Assembly (NCBI GenBank): GCA_963707025.1
Contig: CAVPOM010000005.1
Span: 192,001 to 256,000, forward strand
Reading direction: 5' to 3'
DNA: 64,000 bases
Source: an uncultured Verrucomicrobiae bacterium
GTDB lineage: Bacteria; Verrucomicrobiota; Verrucomicrobiia; Limisphaerales; Palsa-1400
The notes beneath the pieces were generated by a model. It saw nothing but the letters and a program-made list of their open reading frames with translations, had not been told where the DNA came from and did no database searches. The position numbers and the translations under genes are program-made. This document shows, piece after piece, positions 41,976 through 52,930 of this stretch (the first letter of the stretch is position 1; every line of letters starts with the position of its first letter).

Positions 41976-42249
41976 CGTGCGGACATAATCCGGCTTCCGC
42001 CGCCCTTGCAATGCGGTCGAAATTTTCATCTTAATCCCGGTTCAGTTTTCATTTTTACTGTTACTGGCATATAATAGCACAATCCGAAGAATTGTCACTT
42101 TACCGGCCGCTCGCAGCGGGTTCAGATTACTGGCCCGGCTCACCTTGGCACGGGCACCAATTGATCGGGCGCCTTTTGGGTGCGTTCCTCAAGACTGGCG
42201 GAATTGGGGGCGCCTGAAGCCAAACACCATCGAGGCTCACCTCTAAAAA

Positions 42250-42275
42250 TGGCGGGAGTAGCGGGGCTCGAACCC
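42250..42275 (-). other. tRNA 3'-end fragment (att-site scar)
   Basis: Minus strand GGGTTCGAGCCCCGCTACTCCCGCCA: T-loop, 3' acceptor strand, discriminator G and CCA; no 5' half. Confidence 0.8.
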
Positions 42276-42521
42276 AAGAAAGAGTCTTCGCTAATCATCG
42301 CAAAAACGCGCCAAACCCTTGTCATTCTTGGGGTTTCTTCACCATCCCTGTTTTTCTGTCAACACATTTTTGCGAAGAAAAGCGAAGAGTTTCCATCCCT
42401 AATTGTCCCTAAAACTCGCCAGAACGGCGAAAATTTTTGATGTCGGTGCTTTTTCAAACTCAGCCTCGTCGCCTCCACTTGGATAATTCCTCCATTGGAA
42501 ACGGATTGCAAACCTCGCGAC

Positions 42522-45500
42522 TTATTTAACGGACAGGATTTCAGCCGTGCGCAGCGTGACCGGGCCGAGCAAGCCCGACTCCAGCAGCACCGAACCTTTC
42601 GTCCAATGATGCCACGTCGTGAAGGTCAGCCGGCCGGTCGGGCTGGGCTTGCCCTCACGCAACCATTGCGGCCACTCCTTGAGCTGCTGGCCATCCCACT
42701 GGCGATCCGGCGGCGACTGTTCGTCGCCGATCAGCCGGTTCGGCCAGAGGTTCGTGACTTTGACAACCAGGCGGTTCACGCCCGGTCGCGCCGCGGCCGT
42801 GATGTTCACGCGGAACGGCGGTTTCCACAATACACCGGAGTCCTGCCCGTTCAGGGAAACCTCGGCAAAATTCTTCACCGCGCCGAGGTCAAGCCAGAGT
42901 TCACGTCCGGCATTCAATCGTTGGGCGGAGATATCAATTTCCTTTTTGTAAGTGGCCGTGCCGGAAAAATAGCGCACGCCGGCATTCGGGTGGCCGGTCC
43001 AGGAAATCAATTTGTCCAGAGTGACCGAGGGCGGCGCGCCCCAGTTGGGCGGAAACCCCAAATTCCATTCGCCGGTTATTGCCTGTGGTGCCGGCACGTC
43101 CGCCGCATCCCCGTGCAATACTTTTCCACCCGCGGTGCGGATTTCAACTTGGCCGTTGACCCACCCTTTCACGACGGGCGAGCCGTCAGCGGCAACCCTC
43201 GTTTCCCATGATGGCGGTTGTCCGGAGGTCGCCGGCAACGGAAGCGGAAGCGTTTCGTTTTCGTGCGCGGTCGCGTGGCCGGCCTTGCCGTCGAGAGCGT
43301 AGTCCACGCGTAATTCTTTTTCGTGATTCGCCGCCGGGTCGCGGCCCATGAGATCGTTGCTGGCAACTATTGGCTGACCGTCGCGCACCAGTTCGGAAAC
43401 TTTCTCAGTGACATCCATGCCGCCCGCGCCGTCAATGGCAGTATAAACCGCGTGCTGAATTTCCAACTTCGGAGAAGCTGTCGCTTCGACGGAAAATTTG
43501 CCACTGGCGGCGACGATGTGATCAGCGTTTTCAACCGCACGTCGAAAGATAACGAATACCGACCCGGCGGGATCAAAATTCAAACGCACGGTGGTGCGTT
43601 CGTCTTGCCCACTCCAGACTGGCGCAGGCTCGATCGAGCCAGTGTCGGGATGCCAGAGTTCTGGAATCCTTCCGCTGACGCGAAAGGTGCAGTCGGCGGA
43701 ATCAAACTGCCGCCGCTGGTTGGATACAAAATAAATGTCCGCCTCGCCGGCCGCCCGGTGGACAAACGCGAGGCGTGAGCTTTTTGCCGCGCCGACAAAT
43801 TCAAAATCCGGTTTTAAATTCTGAGCGGCGAAAACTTCGGCGAGTGGTTTGCCCCAGACCACACGGCCCAGACCGTCGGAGTTTTCGAGAACATTCGTGC
43901 CATCGCACTTGTCCCAAAGTTCGTCGGCGAGTTTCTTTACCTGCGTGTCACAATTCGGAAAATCAGCCAGGCTCGGCGAGTGTTGCGGGCGCGCGCCGAC
44001 GACCGTCGCCCCGGCCCGCACCAGTTGGCGGAGGCATTCCAGCATGGGCGGTGTCAGGTTCGCATCTTCGGGCGGCAGGATCAGCACGGCGTAATTTGCA
44101 CCGCTGGCCAATGTGATACGCCCATTTTTCACCGTCGCGCCGTGCAGCAACACGCCGGCATTGACGGCGTCGTAATCGTAGCCAAAAGGCAGCAAGGGGT
44201 GGCCAGCGCGCATTTCCACCGGCGCGCTTTCGCCGCTAAAATACGCGGCGTCCGCCACAGCCCGACCCTGTTGCAGAAGAAATTGGCAATGCGAAATGTA
44301 ATCAATCCACGCTTTCCCTTGCTGCCACCACGTTACGGTGCGCTCGAAGTGAAACCCGAATGGGCCCATCGTCATGCCCGGCCAGCGGTTTGTCCACGGC
44401 TGCATCGCATAACGATGGAAGATGTAGCGGTTCAAACCCTGGCAAAACATCGAGTCACCGAGCGTCTTGAGCGAATAGGGATCATTCTGCCAGCGCCCGT
44501 TTTCGGGCCCCGCCGTGAACGACTCCGCGCCGACAATGGACTTGCCGTAAATGTGCGCGACCGACGCGGCGAGCTTGACGGAAGGATGGCCCTGACTGCC
44601 GCTCCAAAACTCGCCCATGACCACATCCGCGGGCGCGCCGCATTGCAGGGATTCGAACGGCCCGGTATAAGGTTCCACCGCACTCAGCAAACCGTGCTGG
44701 CGGCAGAGTTCGGCGAAATGGCTGTAATAATTCTCCGCGAACAAATCGGCAATGGTGCGGCGCATGTCCCAGAGAAACCGCTCGGTGGCCGCCGGATTGT
44801 CCACGACGCGGCGGGTAAATGCCGGCAGGAACTTCAGCGGATCGTAACCGCGGCGTTTTTGAAATTCCTCGCGGAAGTTCGCCGTCCAGTCCTGGCCGCC
44901 GACTTCGTAGCTGTCAATCAGAGAACTGTCGAGCGCCTTGCCGGCGAGCGGGCCGATGTCGTCAAGGACTTTCTGCATGAAACCTGCCCAATGCGCGTCG
45001 AGCGCGGCCTTGCTGAACTTGTCGCACTCCAAGCCCGTGCCTTCCGCAGGCGCGGGATGATTTTCCACGCCGGTCGGCGTATAGCCGAGACGGAGGATGA
45101 TCCAACTGCCCTGCGGAAGGTCCCACCGGAGCCGGCCGCCAGCCGCAAGGTTCGCCGTCAAATCCAGCATACCGTCGCGCGGAATGGTTCCGCCGTCGCC
45201 GTCGGCAGTAGCTGGCGGCAGTTGGACGAACGTGCGATTCAGCGAAGTTCTTCCGGGCGACCGGGCCGCAGCCAGTTGGCTCGCGTTGATGGGGAAGACG
45301 AGCGTCTCGCCTTCGTCTGCTGTCGCGGAGCCGGATTTTCCGTCGAGCGTGAATTCGACGTGCAATTGTTTGACTTGGCCAGAGGCCGGATCGCCGCCCA
45401 TTTCGTTGTTGCCGACGACGATTGACTTTTGACCGCTCTTGACCAGGGCAACCAGTTTGGCCGTCACGTCCGCGGAGCTGCCACCACCCTCCGGCCCGTA

Positions 45501-46088
45501 AACAGCGCGCTTGATTTCCAGCTTCCCCGCCGCTGGCACGGGGCTGGAAGAGGTATGCACTTCGGCCGAGGGAGCCTTGAAGGCGAGCACAGCGATGTCG
45601 CGGTAAAAACCGCGCGTGGTCGGCGGTTGTGGCAGAACGGCGTCGAAGACGCCGGGTCCCTGGGCGCGCGTCTCGCTCGAGGTGAGGCGTTGCATGGCAT
45701 TGGTCACAGTGTTCCACGGACCGCCGCTGCTGGACCAGCCGGCACAGTTTTCCACGCAGAGTTTCAGGCCCAGCCGATTCGCCTCCTGCACGGCAAACTT
45801 AAAATCCTCCCGCCATGCCACGCTCATGAAGGGCACGTTGCCGCGCGGAATACCGCAGTCCACATTGACAATCGTCGCGCCGCCCAGGCCAATCTGTTTC
45901 ATCGCTTCGAGGTCGGCGGTGATTCCCTCCTTGGTGATGTTGCCATTCATCCAATGCCACCATGTCTGCGGTTTGGCGGAATCGGGCGGGTTGTGAAAGT
46001 CATTCTCCAGCGAATCGGTGGATGCAGCGGAAGCGGCGAGAGCCAGGCACAGCCAAATGGCGGGAAACAAGCTACAAGGAGGTTTCAT
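42522..46088 (-). CDS. Secreted GH106-family glycoside hydrolase (alpha-L-rhamnosidase-like) with two inserted lectin-like domains
   Basis: KPQTWWHWMNGNITKEGITADLE, GWSSSGGPW, GLECDK, IDSYE, GAESFT, VKVTNLWPNRLIGD, SGLLGPV. Confidence 0.9.
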   Translation of the reverse strand: MKPPCSLFPAIWLCLALAASAASTDSLENDFHNPPDSAKPQTWWHWMNGNITKEGITADLEAMKQIGLGGATIVNVDCGIPRGNVPFMSVAWREDFKFAVQEANRLGLKLCVENCAGWSSSGGPWNTVTNAMQRLTSSETRAQGPGVFDAVLPQPPTTRGFYRDIAVLAFKAPSAEVHTSSSPVPAAGKLEIKRAVYGPEGGGSSADVTAKLVALVKSGQKSIVVGNNEMGGDPASGQVKQLHVEFTLDGKSGSATADEGETLVFPINASQLAAARSPGRTSLNRTFVQLPPATADGDGGTIPRDGMLDLTANLAAGGRLRWDLPQGSWIILRLGYTPTGVENHPAPAEGTGLECDKFSKAALDAHWAGFMQKVLDDIGPLAGKALDSSLIDSYEVGGQDWTANFREEFQKRRGYDPLKFLPAFTRRVVDNPAATERFLWDMRRTIADLFAENYYSHFAELCRQHGLLSAVEPYTGPFESLQCGAPADVVMGEFWSGSQGHPSVKLAASVAHIYGKSIVGAESFTAGPENGRWQNDPYSLKTLGDSMFCQGLNRYIFHRYAMQPWTNRWPGMTMGPFGFHFERTVTWWQQGKAWIDYISHCQFLLQQGRAVADAAYFSGESAPVEMRAGHPLLPFGYDYDAVNAGVLLHGATVKNGRITLASGANYAVLILPPEDANLTPPMLECLRQLVRAGATVVGARPQHSPSLADFPNCDTQVKKLADELWDKCDGTNVLENSDGLGRVVWGKPLAEVFAAQNLKPDFEFVGAAKSSRLAFVHRAAGEADIYFVSNQRRQFDSADCTFRVSGRIPELWHPDTGSIEPAPVWSGQDERTTVRLNFDPAGSVFVIFRRAVENADHIVAASGKFSVEATASPKLEIQHAVYTAIDGAGGMDVTEKVSELVRDGQPIVASNDLMGRDPAANHEKELRVDYALDGKAGHATAHENETLPLPLPATSGQPPSWETRVAADGSPVVKGWVNGQVEIRTAGGKVLHGDAADVPAPQAITGEWNLGFPPNWGAPPSVTLDKLISWTGHPNAGVRYFSGTATYKKEIDISAQRLNAGRELWLDLGAVKNFAEVSLNGQDSGVLWKPPFRVNITAAARPGVNRLVVKVTNLWPNRLIGDEQSPPDRQWDGQQLKEWPQWLREGKPSPTGRLTFTTWHHWTKGSVLLESGLLGPVTLRTAEILSVK

Positions 46089-46158
46089 ATTATTGCTTTG
46101 AAAGACATTTGCGCAGTTTGTGGGTTAGCCGTTCAACCGACAAGCGCCAAAACTGCAT

Positions 46159-46430
46159 TTGGGCTTGATGATTACACAGTACGTCGCCGCGGCCTGCTGC
46201 AACGAGTTGATCGGATTGTCGGTTCCGGCCAGCGTGGCCAACATTCCTACCAGCGCGGGTGAAGCCATCGCCGCCGCCACCAGCACTGCGGCAGAATTGC
46301 TGGGATTGGGCGGTCTCGGACGCATCGCTCTATCTTTTCGCGCCGACCTCTTGCTTGTGCGGCATCGGGATGAACGGTTGCTCGGCTTCGAATTCGACGG
46401 CAATCCCGTAGATTGGTCATCTGCGCGGGT
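46159..46430 (+). pseudogene. Fused fragments of histidine ammonia-lyase and imidazolonepropionase genes
   Basis: GLMITQYVAAACCNE..PASVANIPTSAG (HutH-like) joined to EAIAAAT..AAELLGL..GRI....ADLLL...FEFDGNPV (HutI-like C-terminus). Confidence 0.65.
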
Positions 46431-46530
46431 CGCGTGGCGCATGCATGGCAGGATGCGGAGGATCGAAGGGCCACGTTTTTGATGAGGGAACAAACATAAA
46501 ACACGACCAGCAACCCACGAGGGAACCGTG

Positions 46531-46558
46531 ACGAGGATTCGATTCCCTTCGCCCGCTC
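46531..46558 (+). other. tRNA-Gly-like 3'-end fragment
   Basis: ACGAGGATTCGATTCCCTTCGCCCGCTC closely matches the 3' end of bacterial tRNA-Gly (ACGAGGGTTCGATTCCCTTCGCCCGCTCCA). Confidence 0.7.
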
Positions 46559-46709
46559 AGATAGATATAAAGGCTTTACAATTAGACAGTTAAGAAATAC
46601 TGCCAGCCTGAAGAACCTCTTACTGCTAACACATCCACCCTAATTCAAGCCCTTCCAACGTTGTCCGCGTCTGTTTCTCAGGCCGGCTGAGGCGTAAACC
46701 AGGCGTGGG

Positions 46710-46964
46710 TTGGCAAACTCACCGCGCCCGCGGATTCGGTGGGACCCAGGTTTGGTTCCAATAGAGAGTATTTTGTTGATTCAGGGACGCTACGATTTGC
46801 TCGTGGAGGCAGAACAAACTGAGGTACTCTGGCAAAAATGGAAGCAGCCGGAAATCTGGCGGTTGCCGCACGGCCACATCAGTTGGATGCTCGCACCGGG
46901 TGTAACCAGTCGCGTGCTACGCTGGCTAACGCCACGATTGGAAGCGCCTGCCGTTCAGGCGTGA
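46710..46964 (+). pseudogene. C-terminal fragment of an alpha/beta hydrolase
   Basis: ILLIQGRYDLLV...IWRLPHGH (acid and His of the triad); no N-terminal part. Confidence 0.6.
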
Positions 46965-47062
46965 CCAAACGACGCTGCCAGGCAATGCCGAGTCATAGAA
47001 ACAAAACATGGGTGATTCCTTCGGCTTTCGAGGGAATCAACCCTTGAACCCGGCATAATCAT

Positions 47063-47164
47063 TCACACGGCAATGGGATATTTCCATGAGGATGTTCCAA
47101 TGAACACCCCATTGGCCGCACGCCGGGCCAGCTTCTCCCGGAGTTTTTCACGTTCAAACTGCAT
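47063..47164 (-). pseudogene. N-terminal fragment of a DUF72-family gene
   Basis: MQFEREKLREKLARRAANGVFIGTSSWKYP then an early stop. Confidence 0.6.
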
Positions 47165-47662
47165 TGGCCTCTACTTGACGAGAATGCCGAGTGGGGCCTT
47201 TTCGTTCAAGTGCGACGTTTCACGTGAGATGAATTATATGGCCCAGGCCGCCACATTGCTCCCGACGAAAGGCAATGCAGCTTCTATTGTGACCCCTACG
47301 ATGGCGATGGTCCCAATCAATTCGACCGCTTTGAAGGACTTTGATCGCGGGCAGGATGGCATCGTGGGGGGACCTCTTGGAGGGGATTCTTTGACGCAAT
47401 TTCGGCGGGTGGCAACGTTTCTTGAGGGTCTGGAAGAAGGTGGAAAATGAGATATTCCCCTTGACCTGTCGGGGTCCCTCGGCCCAAGCCGCACAAAAAT
47501 TGCCGTGGACGCCCCGGCTCGCGCTCTGGTAATATCGCCCCATGCTTGGCGAGTTTGAAGACCAATTCTGGCTCACCCGCGCAGCGCTGAGTAGGTGTGG
47601 CGCGCAAAAACAATTCCAATTGGTAATAACGGGGGAACCGGTATTCTCCACAGGAGACACAA

Positions 47663-50600
47663 ATGCGACTGATCAATAGGCCGGCGCGTCTCGGATGGTT
47701 GGCGCTGCCGGTCGCCCTACTATGGGCATGGGCTCTTCTCGGACAGAACGCCGCCGATCCGCTGCTCCAGGGCTTCGAGAATGCGCCGGACAGCGCAAAG
47801 CCGCGAGTCTGGTGGCACTGGATGAGCGGTAACGTCACGAAAGAGGGGATCAAGCTCGATTTCGAATGGTTTAAGCGCGTCGGCATCGGCGGTTTCCAGA
47901 ATTTCGATGCCGGGCTGAACTCGCCGCAAATCGTCGAGAAGCGGCTCGTCTATATGACGCCAGAGTGGAAGGACGCCTTCAAATACGCCGCCACCCTTGC
48001 CGACCAGATGGGACTGGAAATGGCCATCGCGAGTTCTCCCGGATGGAGCGAGAGCGGTGGTCCGTGGGTCCCGCCTGCCCAAGCCATGAAGAAGTACGTG
48101 TGGAGCGAAACTCGCGTAGAGGGTGGACGACCGTTCTCCGGCGCTCTGCCCAAGCCGCCGTCGGCGACCGGGGCATATCAGAACCAGGGCAGCGGCGGGC
48201 GCGGTGGCAGGGGAGGCGCAGGGGGCCCTCCACCGGAGTTTTACGCTGACGCGGCGGTGGTTGCGTACCGCGCGCCTGATAACGACCGCTCGATGAGCGA
48301 ACTGCAAGCCAAAGTGACCTCCAGCGGCGGGACCTTTGATGTCGCTGCCCTTACCAGCGGGGACGCCGCGAACGGCACGTTGCTTCCGGCGGGGACCAAC
48401 GGCGAGCCCGCCTGGATTCAGTACCGAGTTTCCGCAGCCCCAAACGTTCCGAGGCCTGACCTTTATCACCGGCGGCGGGGGCGGCAGGCGCGGCGGGTTC
48501 GGTGGCGGGCGCGGCGGCGGCGGGGGGGGCAATCAGCGACTCGAGGCGAGCGATGACGGCCAGCAGTTCCACACGGTCGCGCCCGTCGGCGCGGGGCGCA
48601 CCACCTCGTTTCCGGCTGCCACGGGCCGTTTCTTCCGGGTCACGATCGGAGGGCAAGGACAAGGCGGACGGCCAGGTGGCCGAGCTCAAGCCCAAGGCGC
48701 GGCAGCCACGGCCGGAACCCAAATCGCCGAGTTCGTATTGCACAACGCAGTCGTGAACCGGTTCCAGGAAAAAGCTGCGTTCTCGTCGCCTACCGGTATC
48801 TATGCCCTGGCGACTCTGGATGTGCCCGCGTCAGACGTGGTTCATCGGGCCGATGTAGTTGATCTGACCTCGAAAATGAGGCCGGATGGCACGCTCGACT
48901 GGACGCCGCCGGCCGGGCGCTGGGTTGTGGTCCGCATCGGCTACTCGCTCACGGGCCATCAGAACTCCCCGGCGTCGCCGGAAGCGACGGGCTTGGAGGT
49001 TGATAAGCTGAGCGCGGCTTACGTCAGAAACTACTTTAAAAACTATTTGGACCAGTACAAGGACGCCACCGGCGGGCTGATGGGCCAGCGCGGGCTGGAA
49101 TACATGGTCACCGACAGTTGGGAAGCCGGCACGGCGAACTGGACCGACAACATGATCGCCGAATTCTCCAAACATCGCGGCTACGATATGACGCCGTGGC
49201 TGCCGGCCCTCGCGGGTCATGTGGTGGAGAGCGCGGCGGACACGGATCGCTTCCTCTGGGATTTCCGCAAGACACTGTGCGACCTGGTGGCTGAGAACTA
49301 CTATGACCAGCTCACGCAGATCCTGAAGGAGCGCGGCATGAGGGGCCGTTACAGCGAGTCGCACGAGAGCGGCCGCGCGCTTATCGCGGATGGGATGGAT
49401 GTGAAGCGCAAGGCCGCCGTGCCCATGAGCGCGATGTGGACCGCCGGGCCAGGGAGGGCCCAGGTGCGTTACGAGGCGGATGTGCGCGAATCCGCCTCGG
49501 TCGCTCATATCTACGGGCAGAACCTGGTGGCCGCCGAGTCCATGACGGCGAGCCAAGGCGTCGGCAGCTCGTGGGCGTTCTCGCCTGAAACGCTGAAACC
49601 AACGGCGGACCGCGAGCTCTCGTGCGGTCTGAATCGGTTCGTGATCCACTGTTCGGTTCACCAGTCGGTTGATGACAAAATCCCCGGCCTCAGCCTGGGC
49701 CCATACGGCCAGTGGTTTACCCGCCACGAAACGTGGGCCGAATACGCCAAACCCTGGATGACGTACCTGGCGCGTAGTTCCTACCTGCTCCAGCAGGGCA
49801 AATTCGTGGCGGACGTGGTCTATTACTACGGCGAGGACTCCAACATCACGGGCATGTTCAGCGGCAATCCGCCGCCAATTCCCGCCGGCTATAACTTCGA
49901 TTACATCAACTCGGACGCTCTCCTGAGGCTTCTCTCGGCGTCCCCCAGCGGGACGCTGACGACGCCGTCCGGCATGAGCTACCGCGTATTGGCGCTCGAT
50001 CCGAACAGCCAGCACATGCCCTTGGCGGTGCTGCGCAAAATCCGAGATTTGGTGGAAGCCGGCGCTGTGGTAGTCGGCCCCAAGCCGATTGATTCGCCGA
50101 GCCTTTCGGATGATCAGGCGCAATTCAAGACGATCGCCGACCAGCTTTGGGACGGAAATGCCGGAAAAGGCAAGGTGTTCGGGAGCGGCACGATCGGCGA
50201 CGCCTTGAATGCACTCAAAGTCGCGGCCGATTTCGAGTATACCAAGCCGCAGCAGGTTACCGAACTGGCCTTCGTCCACCGCAAAGTGATTGATGGCGAT
50301 TTCTACTGGGTGAGCCATCGCAACGCCGCCACCGAAGACGTGGAAGCGTCCTTCCGTGTCACCGGCAAGGCGCCGGAACTCTGGCACGCCGATAGCGGTG
50401 TGGTGGAAACCGCGTCCTATCACACGGAGAACGGCCGGACCATCGTTCCGCTGCACCTGGAGCCGAACGACGCCGTGTTCGTGGTGTTCCGCGGGGCCGC
50501 GGTCGCGCCGTCGCGGACGATCGCAATGCCGGTCGAGACGAAGCTTGCCTCGATTGAAGGCTCGTGGGATTTGGCGTTTCAGGCGGAGCGCGGCGCCCCG

Positions 50601-51032
50601 GCGAAGATCACCCTGCCCGCGTTGGTTTCGTGGGACCAGAACTCCGATACTGGAGTGAAGTACTTCTCCGGGACAGGCACCTATACGAAGATCGTGCAGG
50701 CCCCGGCCGATTGGTTCCAGACGGGCGCCAAGCTGATCATGGATCTGGGCGACGTGAAGAACGTCGCGGACGTGACGGTGAATGGCAAGTCGCTGGGCAT
50801 TATCTGGAAGGCGCCGTTCCGCGTGGACGTAACCTCCGCGCTGAAGCCCGGCGAGAACACGCTGGAAATTAAGGTGACGGACCTTTGGGTCAACCGGCTC
50901 ATCGGGGACCAGCAGCCCAACGTCACCCAGAAGATCACGTGGACGGCGTCGTCGCCTTATCGAGCTGATTCACGGCTACTGCCCTCCGGCCTGATCGGCC
51001 CGGTTCAGGTAATCAGGTTGGAAACCCGGTAA
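47663..51032 (+). CDS. Secreted GH106-family glycoside hydrolase; frameshift near 48425
   Basis: KPRVWWHWMSGNVTKEGI, SSPGWSESGGPW, GLEVDK, TDSWE, AAESMT, LWVNRLIGD, SGLIGPV. Confidence 0.9.
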
Positions 51033-51601
51033 TCGGAACCCCGCGGCGCGCACCTCTGCGTGCGGGGATGTGGTGGGCGACGAGTGGGCTGTGAACGACC
51101 GGTGCGATCCATTGCATACGAGACGATCAACTATACGAGCACAACGCGGAGAAGGATTTCGGACAGCGCTTGGAAGCCTCAGAAGACCGACAAGGTGTCC
51201 GCCGTCACAGCGCAGACGAACATCACAGCCTTTACCGGTCGCATTTCGGCGTGGTTCGAAAAGCTGCCGGCGGCATTCACCTGTTCAGCGGCGACCGGGC
51301 AGGGCCGCCCAGAGTTGCTCGGGGTAATCGAAGACGAGATGACCGCAATAGACACCGCGGCAAACCGGTCAGGGGCGCCTCCCGAAAGTTCACCAAACCT
51401 AAGCTTGGAAGCCACGCGGTCGGGAAAACCGAAAACGGCGTCCCGACCTCAACCGCCCTTGGTGAGCCCGTGGCTATCAGATCGAGTTGATGGGGAAATC
51501 TGGCGGGTCCGCTATTCGTCGGAACCAAGTGTCCAGTCGTGAAAGGGAACCGATTTAAACTTCCCGATGGCCGAAGCGCTGGCATGGCCCACGCGCGCAA
51601 T

Positions 51602-52504
51602 TCAAGGGCCAGGCGCATTAGTTCCAGAATTCGAGTGGGTGAGCATCCCAAAGAGCGCCCGCGCAAACAGAATATGGCCGGAGTTGGAAAAGTGCAGGCC
51701 GTCCACCGTTGCGCCAGGCGTGCTCATTACGTCAGCCATGAAGCGTTTGGGAATCAGAATCACACCGTGTTCCTTGGCCAGAGCGCGCTGCACCATGCCG
51801 TAACGGTTGTAAAATGGCGGCAACGGCAGCTCAACCATCGCCACGATTCGGCGTGGACCACAAGCCAGGGCCATCAATTTCTCCAGGCCCTCCCGGAACT
51901 TGGGAATGCTGGTCCCACTCAGCAGATCGTTTCCTCCAATTTCAAGTATCACAAGCGCATCCTCTTGATTGATGCGCCGGGCGCCGACCAACGCGTCTTC
52001 CACCTTCGCGCCGCCGGCGGAGAAGCTCCGCACTTTGAGCTTCGCTGAGTCACCCAGCAACTGCGGCCAGTTCTTGCCCGGCGGGTCTGCTCCTATGCTG
52101 ATTGAATCGCCCAGCACAAAAAGCGTTTCGCTCTTGCCGAGCGGGATCGTCGGGGCGGTGGCATAACGAATCTCCATTCCGGCCATCAGAAAGCTCTGCG
52201 CAGCCAGTAGAAGCAGGGGCCGGAGATAAACACGCCTTTCGCTCGGCTTCCCCGGTTTGCCGAGGCGGAAAACGGTCCAGGCGAGCAGTGCGAAAAACAC
52301 TCCATACATCCACAGCGAAATCGGGGCGGCGGACAGAACTACCAGCACCACGCCGGTCAGGAGCGTGATTCTCGACAATGAGTGGATCAAGGTTCTATTG
52401 AAAAACAACTTCAGGAGGCACCCCAACAAACACACGGCTATCCCGTAAAAGAACGCCCGTCCGCTGACGAACTGTCCTACCACGAATGTGGTCCAGTCCG
52501 TCAT
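51602..52504 (-). CDS. Membrane-anchored SGNH/GDSL hydrolase
   Basis: Four N-terminal TM segments, GDSIS, IGGND, DGLH. Confidence 0.88.
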   Translation of the reverse strand: MTDWTTFVVGQFVSGRAFFYGIAVCLLGCLLKLFFNRTLIHSLSRITLLTGVVLVVLSAAPISLWMYGVFFALLAWTVFRLGKPGKPSERRVYLRPLLLLAAQSFLMAGMEIRYATAPTIPLGKSETLFVLGDSISIGADPPGKNWPQLLGDSAKLKVRSFSAGGAKVEDALVGARRINQEDALVILEIGGNDLLSGTSIPKFREGLEKLMALACGPRRIVAMVELPLPPFYNRYGMVQRALAKEHGVILIPKRFMADVMSTPGATVDGLHFSNSGHILFARALFGMLTHSNSGTNAPGP

Positions 52505-52613
52505 AGCCACTGCTTTCTTGCCGGAGATAGAACCTCGGAAGGTCTGAAGAAGCAAACCGCGTCTCCGTTCAACAGCAACAGAAAACACGCCGTCAACCGT
52601 ATTTTCATTTTCG

Positions 52614-52930
52614 TCATCGTGGTTGGCCTCCGCTCGATTGGCCGCTTTGTTCGACTCTCAGCTTCTGCATAATTGGTACTGGACCTCTACCGTGCCAGAG
52701 CAAAGCCGCTCGCCGATTCACTGGATCAAACACACAAATCTGGTCATCGCCAAGTTGAAAGAGAACTTTATTGCACGGCAATTGAACAGCGTTTCGGACC
52801 GTCCACGCGCCAAAGGGAGTCTCGTAAGAAAAGCGAACCTGTTCGCCGGTCGCCTTGTCTGAAGCCCGAAGCCCCTCCACCGGCCAAAAGCCTGACTCGA
52901 ATTTCCACTGGTTGTTCGCGGCGCTCCCAA
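52614..52930 (-). pseudogene. C-terminal fragment of a hypothetical protein
   Basis: Protein-like segment WKFESGFWPVEGL...FQLGDDQICVFDP...GRGPV with no credible start. Confidence 0.4.

Noticed and set aside
42250..46558. Complete tRNA genes at 42250 and 46531
   Set aside because: Only 3' portions are present, with no D-arm or anticodon arm
52560..52660. Minus-strand attC between the 52614 fragment and the GDSL gene
   Set aside because: A GTCGAAC-like start is visible but no complementary arm or GTTRRRY end could be found
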